A stretch of DNA of 64,000 nucleotides from Candidatus Borrarchaeum weybense (GTDB taxonomy: Archaea > Asgardarchaeota > Sifarchaeia > Borrarchaeales > Borrarchaeaceae), in the NCBI GenBank assembly GCA_019057385.1, contig JAHQJS010000006.1, forward strand, positions 384,001 to 448,000, given 5' to 3'. The stretch's first letter is position 1; each line of letters starts with the position of its first letter. A model generated the notes under the pieces. That model was not told the DNA's origin, did not search any database, and worked only from the letters and a program-made list of their open reading frames with translations. Both the position numbers and the translations under genes were made by a program. Of the stretch, positions 49,331 through 59,600 are shown in pieces.

Positions 49331-50501
49331 CCGCCCACCCTTTTTGTTCATTTAATGTGGGTGCAGGAATTAAAAGTGTAATCATTAAACAGATAATTGC
49401 TATGCCCGCTGAAAAATAAAAAATACTACCCAAACCAAAGTTTTCACCTAAAAATCCTGCGATAGGTGGTCCCGCTGATGATACTCCAAAAGCGAACAAG
49501 TAGTAAATTCCAAAGAGTACACCAAAACTTCCTTTTGCTAAGTCGCTCATGAGCGCATTCGTGGTTGGAATTAACCCTAATAAAATGAAACCGAAGACAA
49601 GAACGAGTATCACCAAAATTACATTTGAGACCATAGGTATTGGTAATGCAGTTCCTGCGCATGCAAGTGAGAGAACAATAAGTACTTTCTTTCTTCCAAG
49701 TCTATCACTAAGCGCTCCTGAAACATATTGTCCCACACCACCTGTAGCAAGAAGCAATGAAAGCATTAAGCTTGCAATTGCAACATCATAAGATCGAGCT
49801 TGAACTAAATAAAGAATCAAAAAAGATGTTGTTATTTGATAAAGAAATCCTTGGAAAATGGCTAGAACAAATACGATGATGATAGCTTTTGATAAAAGCC
49901 TTCTTAAAGAATTTCTTTGTTTTGGCGCTTGCGCGTTTGTTCTACTGACCACATCTTTACCTCGCCATCGGATAAAGACAAAGATCGAGAAACCAAAGCC
50001 TAATAGCGCGTAGATCAGAAAAGTTATTTTCCAACCTTGTAAAACAGCTATGCCACCAGAAGCTATGGGGGATGCAATCTGTCCTACACTTCCTGCGAGA
50101 CCATGCAAACCCATAGCATGTCCTCTTCCTTTTTCATCGAAAGCATGAGATAACATTGTCAGGCCGCTTGGATGGTATGTACTTCCTCCAGCTCCCATTA
50201 TGACGAACCCAGCCAGTAAAATGTAAATATTTGGCGAAAATAAAGCAACAAGTGATCCTACCGCACATATGGTAAGCCCAAAAATGATTAGATTCTTAGC
50301 CCCTACTTTATCAGCTAAAATACCGGTAGGTAACTGACCAACTCCATATGCCGCAACAAATGCTGTAACAAGCAAGCCAATTTCTATAAGATTAAGATTA
50401 AATTCGATTGCGAGGAAAGGTAACAAAGGGGGAATCATTAATTGAAATGAATGATTTATGGCATGTCCAATTCCTGCGATAGTTAACGACATCTTTTTCA
50501 T
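49311..50501 (-). CDS. MFS transporter (Fsr-like)
   Basis: GILADKVG, YHPSG, GALSDRLGRK; about 12 TM. Confidence 0.9.
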   Translation of the reverse strand: MKKMSLTIAGIGHAINHSFQLMIPPLLPFLAIEFNLNLIEIGLLVTAFVAAYGVGQLPTGILADKVGAKNLIIFGLTICAVGSLVALFSPNIYILLAGFVIMGAGGSTYHPSGLTMLSHAFDEKGRGHAMGLHGLAGSVGQIASPIASGGIAVLQGWKITFLIYALLGFGFSIFVFIRWRGKDVVSRTNAQAPKQRNSLRRLLSKAIIIVFVLAIFQGFLYQITTSFLILYLVQARSYDVAIASLMLSLLLATGGVGQYVSGALSDRLGRKKVLIVLSLACAGTALPIPMVSNVILVILVLVFGFILLGLIPTTNALMSDLAKGSFGVLFGIYYLFAFGVSSAGPPIAGFLGENFGLGSIFYFSAGIAIICLMITLLIPAPTLNEQKGWADGIQNS

Positions 50502-50568
50502 TATTATCCCAGCTCACCTAGCAAAAGTTATGCTTTTAAAAGTACCTTTTCTGGTAGGGCAGTTCCAA

Positions 50569-51585
50569 TCAGATTTCTGAAAAATCAATGAGCGGGCTTT
50601 CACGAAATGAAAGTGGTTCTGCATCAAAGCCAAGTTTTCTTAGATGTGCTGCAAACTCATGGTCATAACCATGGCTGACAAACACTTTTTCGGGATTGCA
50701 TGTCTCGACAGTCTCTACCAATTCGTTGAAATCCGCGTGGTCCGACAGCGGAAAAACCCGATCTACTTTCATTCGATGAACATAACTCTCTTCATCAATT
50801 GCCCATCCACTAAAAAACGCTGTTTTCGCATTGACCTTTCGCATTAGTTTCGCTCTTCCGCTTTGAGGTGAAGTGATCAATATCCATGGTGGGATTTTTA
50901 ACTGCTTGTTTTGTCCAAACCTTTCAAAATCTAGAAGTGGGACACCACATTCTCTATAAATATCGTTAATTTTCTTTATATTTTTATCTAGGTAGATGGG
51001 CGCGAAGTCTTCGAATATCTTACACAGTAATTGTGCCTTTCCAAGAGTATAACCCATCAAAACAACGGGACAACCCTTTTTAAACTGTTCTTCAATCCAG
51101 TCTTTTGCATCCTTGACGATTTCTTCGGATGGAGGAAAAATGTATTTTTCTTTGCCAAATGTGGCTTCTAAAATTGCGTAATCACATTTTTCAGGTATAA
51201 ATTTCCCTAAAAACTCGCGTTCTCTTAAAGTAAAATCTGAGGTAAAGACTATCTTCTTATCATTTTCAATGACCAATGCTCTTGAGCCAAGAACATGTCC
51301 AGTATCAACCATTCTCAGATTGAGATTGTTGATTGACAGTTCTTCGTTGATTGTATTGATCAATGAGTGATTTCTTCTAGCTGATACAAGTTTTTCTGTC
51401 TCCAGAGAGCACAATTTTGGAATTGGAGTTTTTTTCCTCAGCATGTGATCAGCATGGCTGTGAGATATGAATATAATATTTCCTTGAGGTTCCTTCGTTG
51501 GATCTAGTGCGATTTTGAATTTCGGCAATTGTAGTATTATGTTGTCATTCATTTTACACAGTGCTCCAATGCATTTAAAATACAA
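50569..51585 (-). CDS. MBL/beta-CASP-fold nuclease
   Basis: SHSHADH, GHVLGS, EATFG, GYTLGKAQ, LSDHADF, HG. Confidence 0.9.
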   Translation of the reverse strand: MYFKCIGALCKMNDNIILQLPKFKIALDPTKEPQGNIIFISHSHADHMLRKKTPIPKLCSLETEKLVSARRNHSLINTINEELSINNLNLRMVDTGHVLGSRALVIENDKKIVFTSDFTLREREFLGKFIPEKCDYAILEATFGKEKYIFPPSEEIVKDAKDWIEEQFKKGCPVVLMGYTLGKAQLLCKIFEDFAPIYLDKNIKKINDIYRECGVPLLDFERFGQNKQLKIPPWILITSPQSGRAKLMRKVNAKTAFFSGWAIDEESYVHRMKVDRVFPLSDHADFNELVETVETCNPEKVFVSHGYDHEFAAHLRKLGFDAEPLSFRESPLIDFSEI

Positions 51586-51747
51586 AGGGTATCTAACACA
51601 GTTTTTAGTTCGTTTTTTGTAGATAGATTGAACTTTAGTGTCATTTGAGTATTCTTATCGTTTTTATTTCTAAGTCGTGAAACAAGTTTTCATGTAAGAC
51701 GAGGACTTTATAAGTATCGGATGAGTTTCTTATACACCATTATTTAA

Positions 51748-52139
51748 AAATGACGGCGGGAAGTCCCCTTCCGAAAAGTGGGGGGATTAAAGCCGCTAAC
51801 TTTGAATAATGTTTTGGATAGAATAGATGTGATGAATATCGGGAGGAAGGCAGGGATATAAAACTCCCGTTAGGATGACAGACGAGACGCCCCTGTTAGC
51901 CAGGATTCGGACAGTTGCTAACCCGCGCGAATAACCGCGAAGGTAAAAGGATAATAGCATTTGACGAATCCCTATGATGTGATGCTGGAATTGAAGTTTC
52001 CTATCACAGAATGCCAGGTGGACAGGCCATCCTCAAAAGAGGATGATCTGCGACATACAGCAGAACGTAAAACAAGAGTTTCCCGAAAGGGTTGGGAGGA
52101 CTCGCAGGAAGTTCCATCCGTCAGGGTGGGATAGTTCAC
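51748..52139 (+). mobile_element. Non-autonomous IS605/TnpB-type element with a structured interior (probable stand-alone TnpB omegaRNA)
   Basis: TTAA|13 nt-AAGT-hairpin left end; GAAG-ttccatccgtcagggtggga-tagtTCAC right end; several internal hairpins; no long ORF. Confidence 0.75.
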
Positions 52140-52325
52140 AAATGCTTCAAGAATGACTAGTAATATCCAAGATACGCGGCTCGTTATCTCACAATCTTAG
52201 TTAAGTTTTTAGAAGAAAAATCATCATCGTCCTTTCTGAATTTCATTCTTGAAACATGGATCTGCCTTTTTTGCGCACATCGGGCATCAATCGTGTGATT
52301 AAAAAATCTTAAAGGTGCAAAAAGC

Positions 52326-53027
52326 GTGGATGTAAGAAGAGGAAAATTATGGTACGATCGCATCAGAATTTGGGCTTTCTTTATTCTTCTAGTTCTGATG
52401 GCATATCATAGTTTGAAATACTACACTATATCTTACAGATATGCTGGTTTGAGTCTTTTAGTAGAAGTTCTAGGGATTGGTTTATTTATTTTAGTTTTCC
52501 TGTTCGGTGTTTTTTGTTGTTTTCTCGCTGTGACGGTGGTTCATGCTAAAGTAGAAAAACTTGAAAAACGAAAGAATATCATACTCTTTCAGATCCTTTT
52601 CTACTTGTTCTTAGCGTTGGCATCAATTTCTTATAGTTTTTCACTTGCTGAAGGTATCTTTGGCGCTCGTGCACAGCTTTTTTTCTCAAGAAATATCCGT
52701 ACTATCATTAGTGGTTTTTATTCCAGCCTTTTTGTATTAACTATCCTTAAAGAGGTTAGAATCGCTCTAAAAGAAGTAGAGACGGAATATGAACGGCGTA
52801 TTCGTTTGATTAAACGAGGAAGTGACCTCAAAAAATTTGAAAAAACTCAACCCAGTTATAAGCTAGATAATTTACTGGATTTCCTATTCAAAACCTCTGT
52901 AACTCAGATCTTAATGATTTTTGGCTATAATTTGCTGCTACTCTATGTCGATGAATCATTCTTGGTGAATGTAGGCTTTACTATTTCTTCTTATGCCATT
53001 GAATTGATTAAACAATGGATTGTTTAG
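52326..53027 (+). CDS. Hypothetical membrane protein
   Basis: About 5 hydrophobic segments. Confidence 0.65.
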   Translation: MDVRRGKLWYDRIRIWAFFILLVLMAYHSLKYYTISYRYAGLSLLVEVLGIGLFILVFLFGVFCCFLAVTVVHAKVEKLEKRKNIILFQILFYLFLALASISYSFSLAEGIFGARAQLFFSRNIRTIISGFYSSLFVLTILKEVRIALKEVETEYERRIRLIKRGSDLKKFEKTQPSYKLDNLLDFLFKTSVTQILMIFGYNLLLLYVDESFLVNVGFTISSYAIELIKQWIV

Positions 53028-53221
53028 TCACTTTACTGTTATATCTAATTGAAACCAATTTATTGGTTGAATAAAAGGTCTTAAAGCCCGACAAATCTAG
53101 TACTTTTTGTATATCATATAAAATGACGGTATCTCTAAATAGTGTGATTTTAACCCCAATTCCATTTTTCTAAAAGAATGGTTTATTAAATCAAGAATCA
53201 TAGTATTGGTGAGGGAAAAAA

Positions 53222-56200
53222 TTGACTTTGAGTTTATCTGAAAATTCACTAAAAATTCTCGAGCGCCGCTATTTGGCCAAGAACGAGAAAAGGGAACTAA
53301 TTGAAACACCTGAGGAAATGTTTAGTCGTGTCGCTAATAATATAGCTTCTGCGGAGGCACTCTATGGCGGCGATGTTGAACGAATGGGATTAGATTTTTA
53401 TGAAATAATGACTTCCTTTAAGTTTCTCCCTAACTCTCCGACGCTTATGAACGCTGGTCGAGAACTTCAGCAATTATCTGCATGTTTTGTAATTCCAATT
53501 GACGATTCTATTGACAGTATCTTCGACGCAGTTAAGTATACTGCTCTAATTCACAAGAGTGGTGGCGGAACGGGGTTTGCTTTTTCTCGCTTGCGTCCTA
53601 AAAATGATGTAGTTCGAACGACCGGGGGCATAGCTAGTGGTCCCATCTCCTTTATGAAAGTACTTAATACTAGTACTGAAGTTATCAAGCAAGGAGGATG
53701 CTTAGTTCCTAATACTTTAGTCTTTTCAAATAAAGGTCTCCTTCGTTTGAACGAGTTAGTAGATGAAAAAGTTCGGGGCTGGCAGGAACACGATCTAAAA
53801 GTTGCTACCGATAATGGAGAAAAGATATCTCCCCGAGGATATAATAATGGAGTTGTATCTGTTCTCAGAGTTACTACTGAACAAGAGATTAATCTTACAG
53901 GTACACCTAATCACAAGGTAAAAGTGATGACAGATGAAGGGACTGTTTGGAGACAATTAAGTGAATTAAGACCAGGAGATGCTATTCTTGTTAAATTAGG
54001 ACAGCATAGAGGACAAATTCAAAAACTTAAGCACCCTGAAATTCAGCATCACAACCAGAAAGAAATTGATCTTCCTTCAGTTCTAGATGAATCACTGGCC
54101 TTCTTACTTGGTCTTCTGGCAGGTGATGGTTTTGTTGCGAGTGGATTAAAAGATTATCGTATCGGGTTCAGTATCAGTCATAATTCTTACTTGATTGAAG
54201 AGTTACCAGAATTTTTGGAGAAATTATTTCCAGGTATTCACGTTCAGCTAATGCAGAAAGATGATGATGCTTCAGTCAATTTTATTGTGAGCAGTCGGTC
54301 ACTTAAGGAATTTTTGGTATTAAATAATCTATCAAAGGAAGAAAGCCATAAGGTATCAGTTCCTCTATTAATAAGGAAAAGCCCACCATCTGTGGTCGGG
54401 GCTTATTTAAGAGGTCTCTTCGAAGCTGATGGTACAATAACACATGGATATCCCGTACTAACATCTACTTCTCATCGGTTAATTCAAGAAGCGTCTGCAT
54501 TACTAATAGGATTAGGATGCCCTGTATCCATACGTGAAATTCCTGCAAATGAAGATCGCTTTGGATCAGACAATCTATGGTCCCTAAAACTGCGATCCCA
54601 CGTTGCTTTAGATGTCTGGAAAGACAAGATTGGATGCGATTCACGATCTCGTTTTGTTAGTTGCTACGATTTTTCACCAGATTTAGAAAGAGAGCAAAAT
54701 TATGTACTTCCAAGTGTCAAATGGTGGGTTGAGCCTGTTCTAAAAGCTATTACCCTACCACAGAGAGATAAAAAGGGAAGGGGAATGGGAAAGAAATTCA
54801 GATCAACTGCACCTAAGTTGCGAAATAAACTTCTACGTTATATTCGTGGAGAGCGGCAATTTACCTTTAGTGCTTATTGTAATCTATCAAAAGAATACCC
54901 CGAATTCACTGCGAATGCTCGTGATGTTAACAATTTATGGTTCATTACTGTTACAGATATTCAAAAAGTAGGCAAATCACAAACCATGGATTTAGAGGTC
55001 AATGAAAACCATACTTATTTAGCCCATGGAATGGTCACCCACAACACAAGGCGTGGCGCTAATATGGGCATTCTCCGCGTAGATCATCCCGATATAATTG
55101 AATTTATTACCTCGAAAAGTGACCTAACAGAACTAACCAACTTCAATATTTCAGTCGCAGCAACTGATGAGTTTATGAAAGCAGTAAAAACTGATCGGAA
55201 ATATAATTTGATTAATCCTCGCACAAATAAAATAGTTGAAACTCTAGACGCAAAAGATGTATTCGATTTGATTATTGAAATGGCTTGGAAAAACGGAGAG
55301 CCCGGTTTATTCTTTATTGATCGTGCAAATCAATTTAATCCTACGCCCGCTTTAGGAGATTATGAAAGCACTAATCCTTGTTTGCCAGGAGATACTTTAA
55401 TTGCAACTGCAGATGGAAGGGGAACAATTCCGATAGAAAAACTTGCTAATGAAGACAAAGATGTTCCTGTATTTACAGAAAATAATGACGGCAAAATTGT
55501 AGTTAGATATATGCGAAGACCTAGACTTACTGGAAAGAATGTTCCTGTCTATAAAATTGCTTTAGATTCAGGAGATGTTATTAAAGCAACTAAAAATCAT
55601 GTCTTCTACCTTAGAGATGGAACTAGTAGACGCACAGACGAGTTAAAGCCAGGCGACAGTCTTCATGTTTTAACCAAAGTATTACAATGGCAAAAGGGAA
55701 AATACACAAAAAATAGGTCAAAAAAATATTGGAGGATGTATAATCGAGGAATATCGGATAAATCAGAGCACAATATCATTGCAAGGTTTTTCCATAATAA
55801 TAATAAAGAAATATCTGAAGATTGTGTAGTCCATCATATTGATTTTAATTCAACAAATAACTCGCCTACTAATCTTGAAATTCTTAGAATCAGTGACCAT
55901 GATCAACTTCATAGTCATTCAATAAAAGGTGAAAACAATCCGCTCTATAAATTAAAGCAAAACAAGGAAGTTTGGGAAAAATATAAAGCTGAGAATCCGT
56001 TTTATAATACTAAAGGTGAAAATAACCCTAATTATAGGAAGCATCACTCAGAAGAAACGAAAAGAAAAATAGGAGAAAAATCTAGAGAATTATTTGCCAA
56101 TCCTGAAGTAAGAAAAGCGTTTTCAGAGAGAATGACCAAACTCTGGAATGATGAGAACTATCAAAAAAATGCAGAAAAAGGTTTTCATAAAAGAGCCTTA

Positions 56201-58135
56201 CGTAAATTAGAAGAATGTAGAGAAAAAACAGATCTGCAATGTTATTTGAAAGGAAATAGTGTTATGGTCAAGAAAACCTGTGAAAACTGTGGATCTGAAT
56301 TTTCAATTAGTTTTAGCGAAAGAGAACTTGGCTTTTGTGGCAAAGAATGCTTCATGGACTTTTTAAATTCAGATGACTCAATTTTCGAAAAAAGAGTAGA
56401 AGGCGTAAGAAATGCTTACAAAGAGAGAGCAAGACGAAATAAAGAACAACAAATTGAAAAATACATAGAATTACTGGACAAACTAGACCGTGTACCATTT
56501 AAGAAAGAATGGGAAGATTTCTGCAAAGAATCAATAGTTACTTTTAGATTAGGGACTAAATATGGTTCCAAGACTTACAAAGAATTAAAAGAAGCCGCAG
56601 ATATGTACAATCATAAAATCGTTTCAATTGAATACCTAGGCAAAGAAGATGTATATAATGGGACAGTAGATGATTTTCATACATTTTTTATTGGAGGTTT
56701 CGAGTCTAAGAGCAAGAATAGAAAGAAAGTAAGATTCATTAAAACTAAAAACTGCGGCGAGCAATTGTTACTTCCTATGGAGAGCTGCAATTTAGGTTCC
56801 ATCAATCTTTCAAAGATGGTTAAACAAGAAAACGGACACTGCACAGTTGATTATGAGGAATTGAAGAGAGTGGTTAGACTTTCAGTAAGATTTCTCGATA
56901 ATGTTATTGATATGAACAACTATCCACTTCCAGAAATTGAAAAAATGACTAAAGAAAATAGAAAGATTGGTTTGGGAGTTATGGGGTGGGCAGATTTACT
57001 AATTCAATTGAGAATTCCTTATGATTCACTAGATGCTCTTGAACTTGCAGAAAAAATCATGAGGTTTATTTCAGAAGAAGGCCGCAAAGCATCTGAAGAC
57101 TTAGCTAAGGAACGTGGTCAATTTCCAAGTTTCGACGATAGTATCTACAAGGATTCAACACCACTACGTAATGCAACAGTTACCACCATAGCTCCCACTG
57201 GAACTATTAGCATGATAGCAGATTGTTCAAGTGGAATTGAACCTCTATTTGCTGTAAGTTATTTCAAGAAAGTAATGGATGGTGAAAAACTCGTAACTGT
57301 CAACTCGTACTTCGAAGGCATTGCAAATGAAGAAGGCATTTACAGTCAAGATTTAATGCAGAAAATTGCAGAACAAGGAACTATTCAAAAAATTGATGAA
57401 ATTCCTGAGCATATTCGTAGACTTTTCGTCACAGCACATGATATCACACCTGAATGGCATGTGCGTATGCAAGCTGCGTTTCAGAAATATACTGATAACG
57501 CTGTCAGTAAAACGGTAAATATGCCGCAAGAGGCCACAAAGTCCGATGTAGCAACTGTATTTATGACTGCTTATGAACTGGGTTGTAAAGGAGTAACTGT
57601 GTTTCGTTATGGTAGTAGAGAAGCAGTTGTGAATATAGGCAAGGCTGAGGAGGCTCCTAAAGAGGATGTACTTACACCACGCACTAGACCGTCTGTGACT
57701 GTAGGTGAGACGGAAAGAATAAGAACTGGATGCGGTAATCTTTACGTTACCATAAACGCTGATAGCGAGGGTCTTTTTGAGGTATTTTCAACGCTTGGAC
57801 ATTCTGGGGGATGTCCTAGTGCCCAATCGGAGGCAATCAGTCGTCTAATTTCATTATCTCTTCGTTCAGGTGTAAAAATTGAATCAATTGTCAAGCAATT
57901 GCGAGAAATACGTTGTCCGTCAGCTTCTTGGGACGAAGGTACGTTGATTCTCTCATGTCCTGATGCAATTGGCAAGGCACTTTCTCGATATATCGAAAGA
58001 CACGAAATAGAAGGCTCTTATGAAAAAACTGCTATGAAATCATATTATGGTGTTTGTCCAGATTGCGGAGGACAACTTGTTCACGAAGAAGGTTGTCTAA
58101 TCTGTAAGTCATGTGGAGCATCAAAGTGTGAGTAA
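53222..58135 (+). CDS. nrdJ: Class II (adenosylcobalamin) ribonucleotide reductase with two inteins and a C-terminal TSCPD/Zn-ribbon domain
   Basis: FLPNSPTLMNAG, LSACFV, GGGTG, TNP|CGEQ, CNLGS, RKIGLGVMG, TIAPTGT, AVSKTVN, SCPDAI. Confidence 0.95.
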   Translation: MTLSLSENSLKILERRYLAKNEKRELIETPEEMFSRVANNIASAEALYGGDVERMGLDFYEIMTSFKFLPNSPTLMNAGRELQQLSACFVIPIDDSIDSIFDAVKYTALIHKSGGGTGFAFSRLRPKNDVVRTTGGIASGPISFMKVLNTSTEVIKQGGCLVPNTLVFSNKGLLRLNELVDEKVRGWQEHDLKVATDNGEKISPRGYNNGVVSVLRVTTEQEINLTGTPNHKVKVMTDEGTVWRQLSELRPGDAILVKLGQHRGQIQKLKHPEIQHHNQKEIDLPSVLDESLAFLLGLLAGDGFVASGLKDYRIGFSISHNSYLIEELPEFLEKLFPGIHVQLMQKDDDASVNFIVSSRSLKEFLVLNNLSKEESHKVSVPLLIRKSPPSVVGAYLRGLFEADGTITHGYPVLTSTSHRLIQEASALLIGLGCPVSIREIPANEDRFGSDNLWSLKLRSHVALDVWKDKIGCDSRSRFVSCYDFSPDLEREQNYVLPSVKWWVEPVLKAITLPQRDKKGRGMGKKFRSTAPKLRNKLLRYIRGERQFTFSAYCNLSKEYPEFTANARDVNNLWFITVTDIQKVGKSQTMDLEVNENHTYLAHGMVTHNTRRGANMGILRVDHPDIIEFITSKSDLTELTNFNISVAATDEFMKAVKTDRKYNLINPRTNKIVETLDAKDVFDLIIEMAWKNGEPGLFFIDRANQFNPTPALGDYESTNPCLPGDTLIATADGRGTIPIEKLANEDKDVPVFTENNDGKIVVRYMRRPRLTGKNVPVYKIALDSGDVIKATKNHVFYLRDGTSRRTDELKPGDSLHVLTKVLQWQKGKYTKNRSKKYWRMYNRGISDKSEHNIIARFFHNNNKEISEDCVVHHIDFNSTNNSPTNLEILRISDHDQLHSHSIKGENNPLYKLKQNKEVWEKYKAENPFYNTKGENNPNYRKHHSEETKRKIGEKSRELFANPEVRKAFSERMTKLWNDENYQKNAEKGFHKRALRKLEECREKTDLQCYLKGNSVMVKKTCENCGSEFSISFSERELGFCGKECFMDFLNSDDSIFEKRVEGVRNAYKERARRNKEQQIEKYIELLDKLDRVPFKKEWEDFCKESIVTFRLGTKYGSKTYKELKEAADMYNHKIVSIEYLGKEDVYNGTVDDFHTFFIGGFESKSKNRKKVRFIKTKNCGEQLLLPMESCNLGSINLSKMVKQENGHCTVDYEELKRVVRLSVRFLDNVIDMNNYPLPEIEKMTKENRKIGLGVMGWADLLIQLRIPYDSLDALELAEKIMRFISEEGRKASEDLAKERGQFPSFDDSIYKDSTPLRNATVTTIAPTGTISMIADCSSGIEPLFAVSYFKKVMDGEKLVTVNSYFEGIANEEGIYSQDLMQKIAEQGTIQKIDEIPEHIRRLFVTAHDITPEWHVRMQAAFQKYTDNAVSKTVNMPQEATKSDVATVFMTAYELGCKGVTVFRYGSREAVVNIGKAEEAPKEDVLTPRTRPSVTVGETERIRTGCGNLYVTINADSEGLFEVFSTLGHSGGCPSAQSEAISRLISLSLRSGVKIESIVKQLREIRCPSASWDEGTLILSCPDAIGKALSRYIERHEIEGSYEKTAMKSYYGVCPDCGGQLVHEEGCLICKSCGASKCE
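53699..55045 (+). mobile_element. Intein 1 (449 aa) with LAGLIDADG homing endonuclease
   Basis: QGG|CLVPNT ... TPNHK ... LLGLLAGDG ... YLRGLFEADG ... VTHN|TRRGA. Confidence 0.95.
55379..56752 (+). mobile_element. Intein 2 (458 aa) with HNH endonuclease and NUMOD3 motif
   Basis: TNP|CLPGDT ... TKNHVF ... VHHIDFNSTNN...NL ... HHSEETKRKIG ... DVYNGTVDDFH ... KTKN|CGEQ. Confidence 0.95.
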
Positions 58136-58164
58136 TCTCCCTTTTTCCATTAGACGAGTTAGAT

Positions 58165-59379
58165 CTAATTCAAACCAAAAACAAGAATATACTCCAGTTT
58201 AAGCGCCCTTGGGTCGTATGAATATCGTCCTGTGGTATACCAGGGTTTACGAGAGATAATTCGCTCTATCTTGAAACCCTTATCAGTCGCTAAATTGATA
58301 ATTACTTTATGCGTGGCTAAGGGTTTTTTTCTAATTGTACAATCTCCTATAACGACGCAACATTTTCTATTGGGTTTTATAACTCTGTACATTTCAGTTA
58401 AGCATTTATCTAGGTCTGAAAAGTATTTGTCCACTAATTTTTTATTTGTAGCTGGCCATGCCCGAATTTCTTCTTTTCTAGTTGTTAAATATTTAAGATC
58501 TAACCAATGCATCGTTGGTTTGAAAACAGGTGCATAATCAAACGCATTAAGATATGGAGGATGCGAAATTATCAAATCAACACTTTCATCATCTACTATT
58601 TTCTGTAGATCTCTACTATCGTGCTGAAATACCTTCGTAAATACATCTTTTGCTGTTTCTTGTGAAAATAATTTCATTCTTTCAATCATGTCTTCAACTT
58701 TGTCTTTAAATGCTACAAGGACTTTGCGTGGCTTCTTTTTTTTGTTAATGTGTGGTCTTACCTCTCCATCGAATGCTAAACTGCAACGACGGATTATAGC
58801 TCCAAATGCTAGTTTAAAAAAATCTTTGAGAGCATCATCTTCCTCTAACCCAAATACATGATGCCTTAAAACGCCCAAATGATTTATTTGCTTTGATGTA
58901 AACCATTTATCAATTGAGGAAAAATCTGCTTTTGATGGTATAGATAAAGTAACTTCATTATTTTTCTCTTCAAGATTTGAAATGTCGAGAGAGGACTTTT
59001 GTAATAAATCCATAAACGTATCTGACAATTTTCGTGGATCAATTATAGTTGTTTTTACTTTTGAGGCAAGAACACCGAGAGGATTGATCTCTACTCCAAT
59101 CGAGTTTCTTCCATGCAGTTTTGCTTCCACTAAGCCCGTGCCACAACCGGCAAAATTGTCTAGGATGATATCTTGCCTTTCAGTATATCTTTTTACCAAA
59201 TTTGTCGCGATAGGTGGTATATACTTTCCATAGTATCGAACAAAATTGTGTGTAAGATACGCCAATTGAGGAATTGTGTCCCTGATATCCCACTCCTCTT
59301 TTGGAATTATTTTATAGTCTTCTTCAGTAATATGTGCGTTCCACATTGAATTCACATAGATATCTTTCGTGCTTTTCAC
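58165..59379 (-). CDS. Orphan amino-DNA methyltransferase (probably m4C)
   Basis: HNFVRYYGKYIP, motif I DNFAGCGT before motif IV ISHPPY, VIGD. Confidence 0.85.
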   Translation of the reverse strand: MKSTKDIYVNSMWNAHITEEDYKIIPKEEWDIRDTIPQLAYLTHNFVRYYGKYIPPIATNLVKRYTERQDIILDNFAGCGTGLVEAKLHGRNSIGVEINPLGVLASKVKTTIIDPRKLSDTFMDLLQKSSLDISNLEEKNNEVTLSIPSKADFSSIDKWFTSKQINHLGVLRHHVFGLEEDDALKDFFKLAFGAIIRRCSLAFDGEVRPHINKKKKPRKVLVAFKDKVEDMIERMKLFSQETAKDVFTKVFQHDSRDLQKIVDDESVDLIISHPPYLNAFDYAPVFKPTMHWLDLKYLTTRKEEIRAWPATNKKLVDKYFSDLDKCLTEMYRVIKPNRKCCVVIGDCTIRKKPLATHKVIINLATDKGFKIERIISRKPWYTTGRYSYDPRALKLEYILVFGLN

Positions 59380-59600
59380 TTTTTAACTTTATAGTTAAGA
59401 GAATATTAAAGTATAAAAGTGTGTAAAATGTATAATAGTAAATGGCTTTGAAATTTACTGTAACGTTCTAAAGGCTTGAATATTGCTAGGGACGGAAAAA
59501 AAAGGATAAATTCTTGATCATTTTAATTTTTGCAGATCATTTTTTCAGTACGTCGATGAGGGGCGCTGAATAATCACCTAGATGAAGAGAGGAGGAGATA

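Noticed and set aside
51815-51861. Reading LDRIDVMNIGRKAGI* as a TnpB C-terminus
   Set aside because: The segment follows the left end and a TATA-like box in two elements, so a gene start is more parsimonious
51980-52060. Group I intron-like words (ATGCTGGAA, TCTGCGACATACA) suggesting an IStron
   Set aside because: No S element or P7 partner could be found by eye; left to a covariance-model search
10995-59379. Nuclease (10995) and MTase (58165) as a restriction-modification pair
   Set aside because: They are about 47 kb apart with no evidence of linkage
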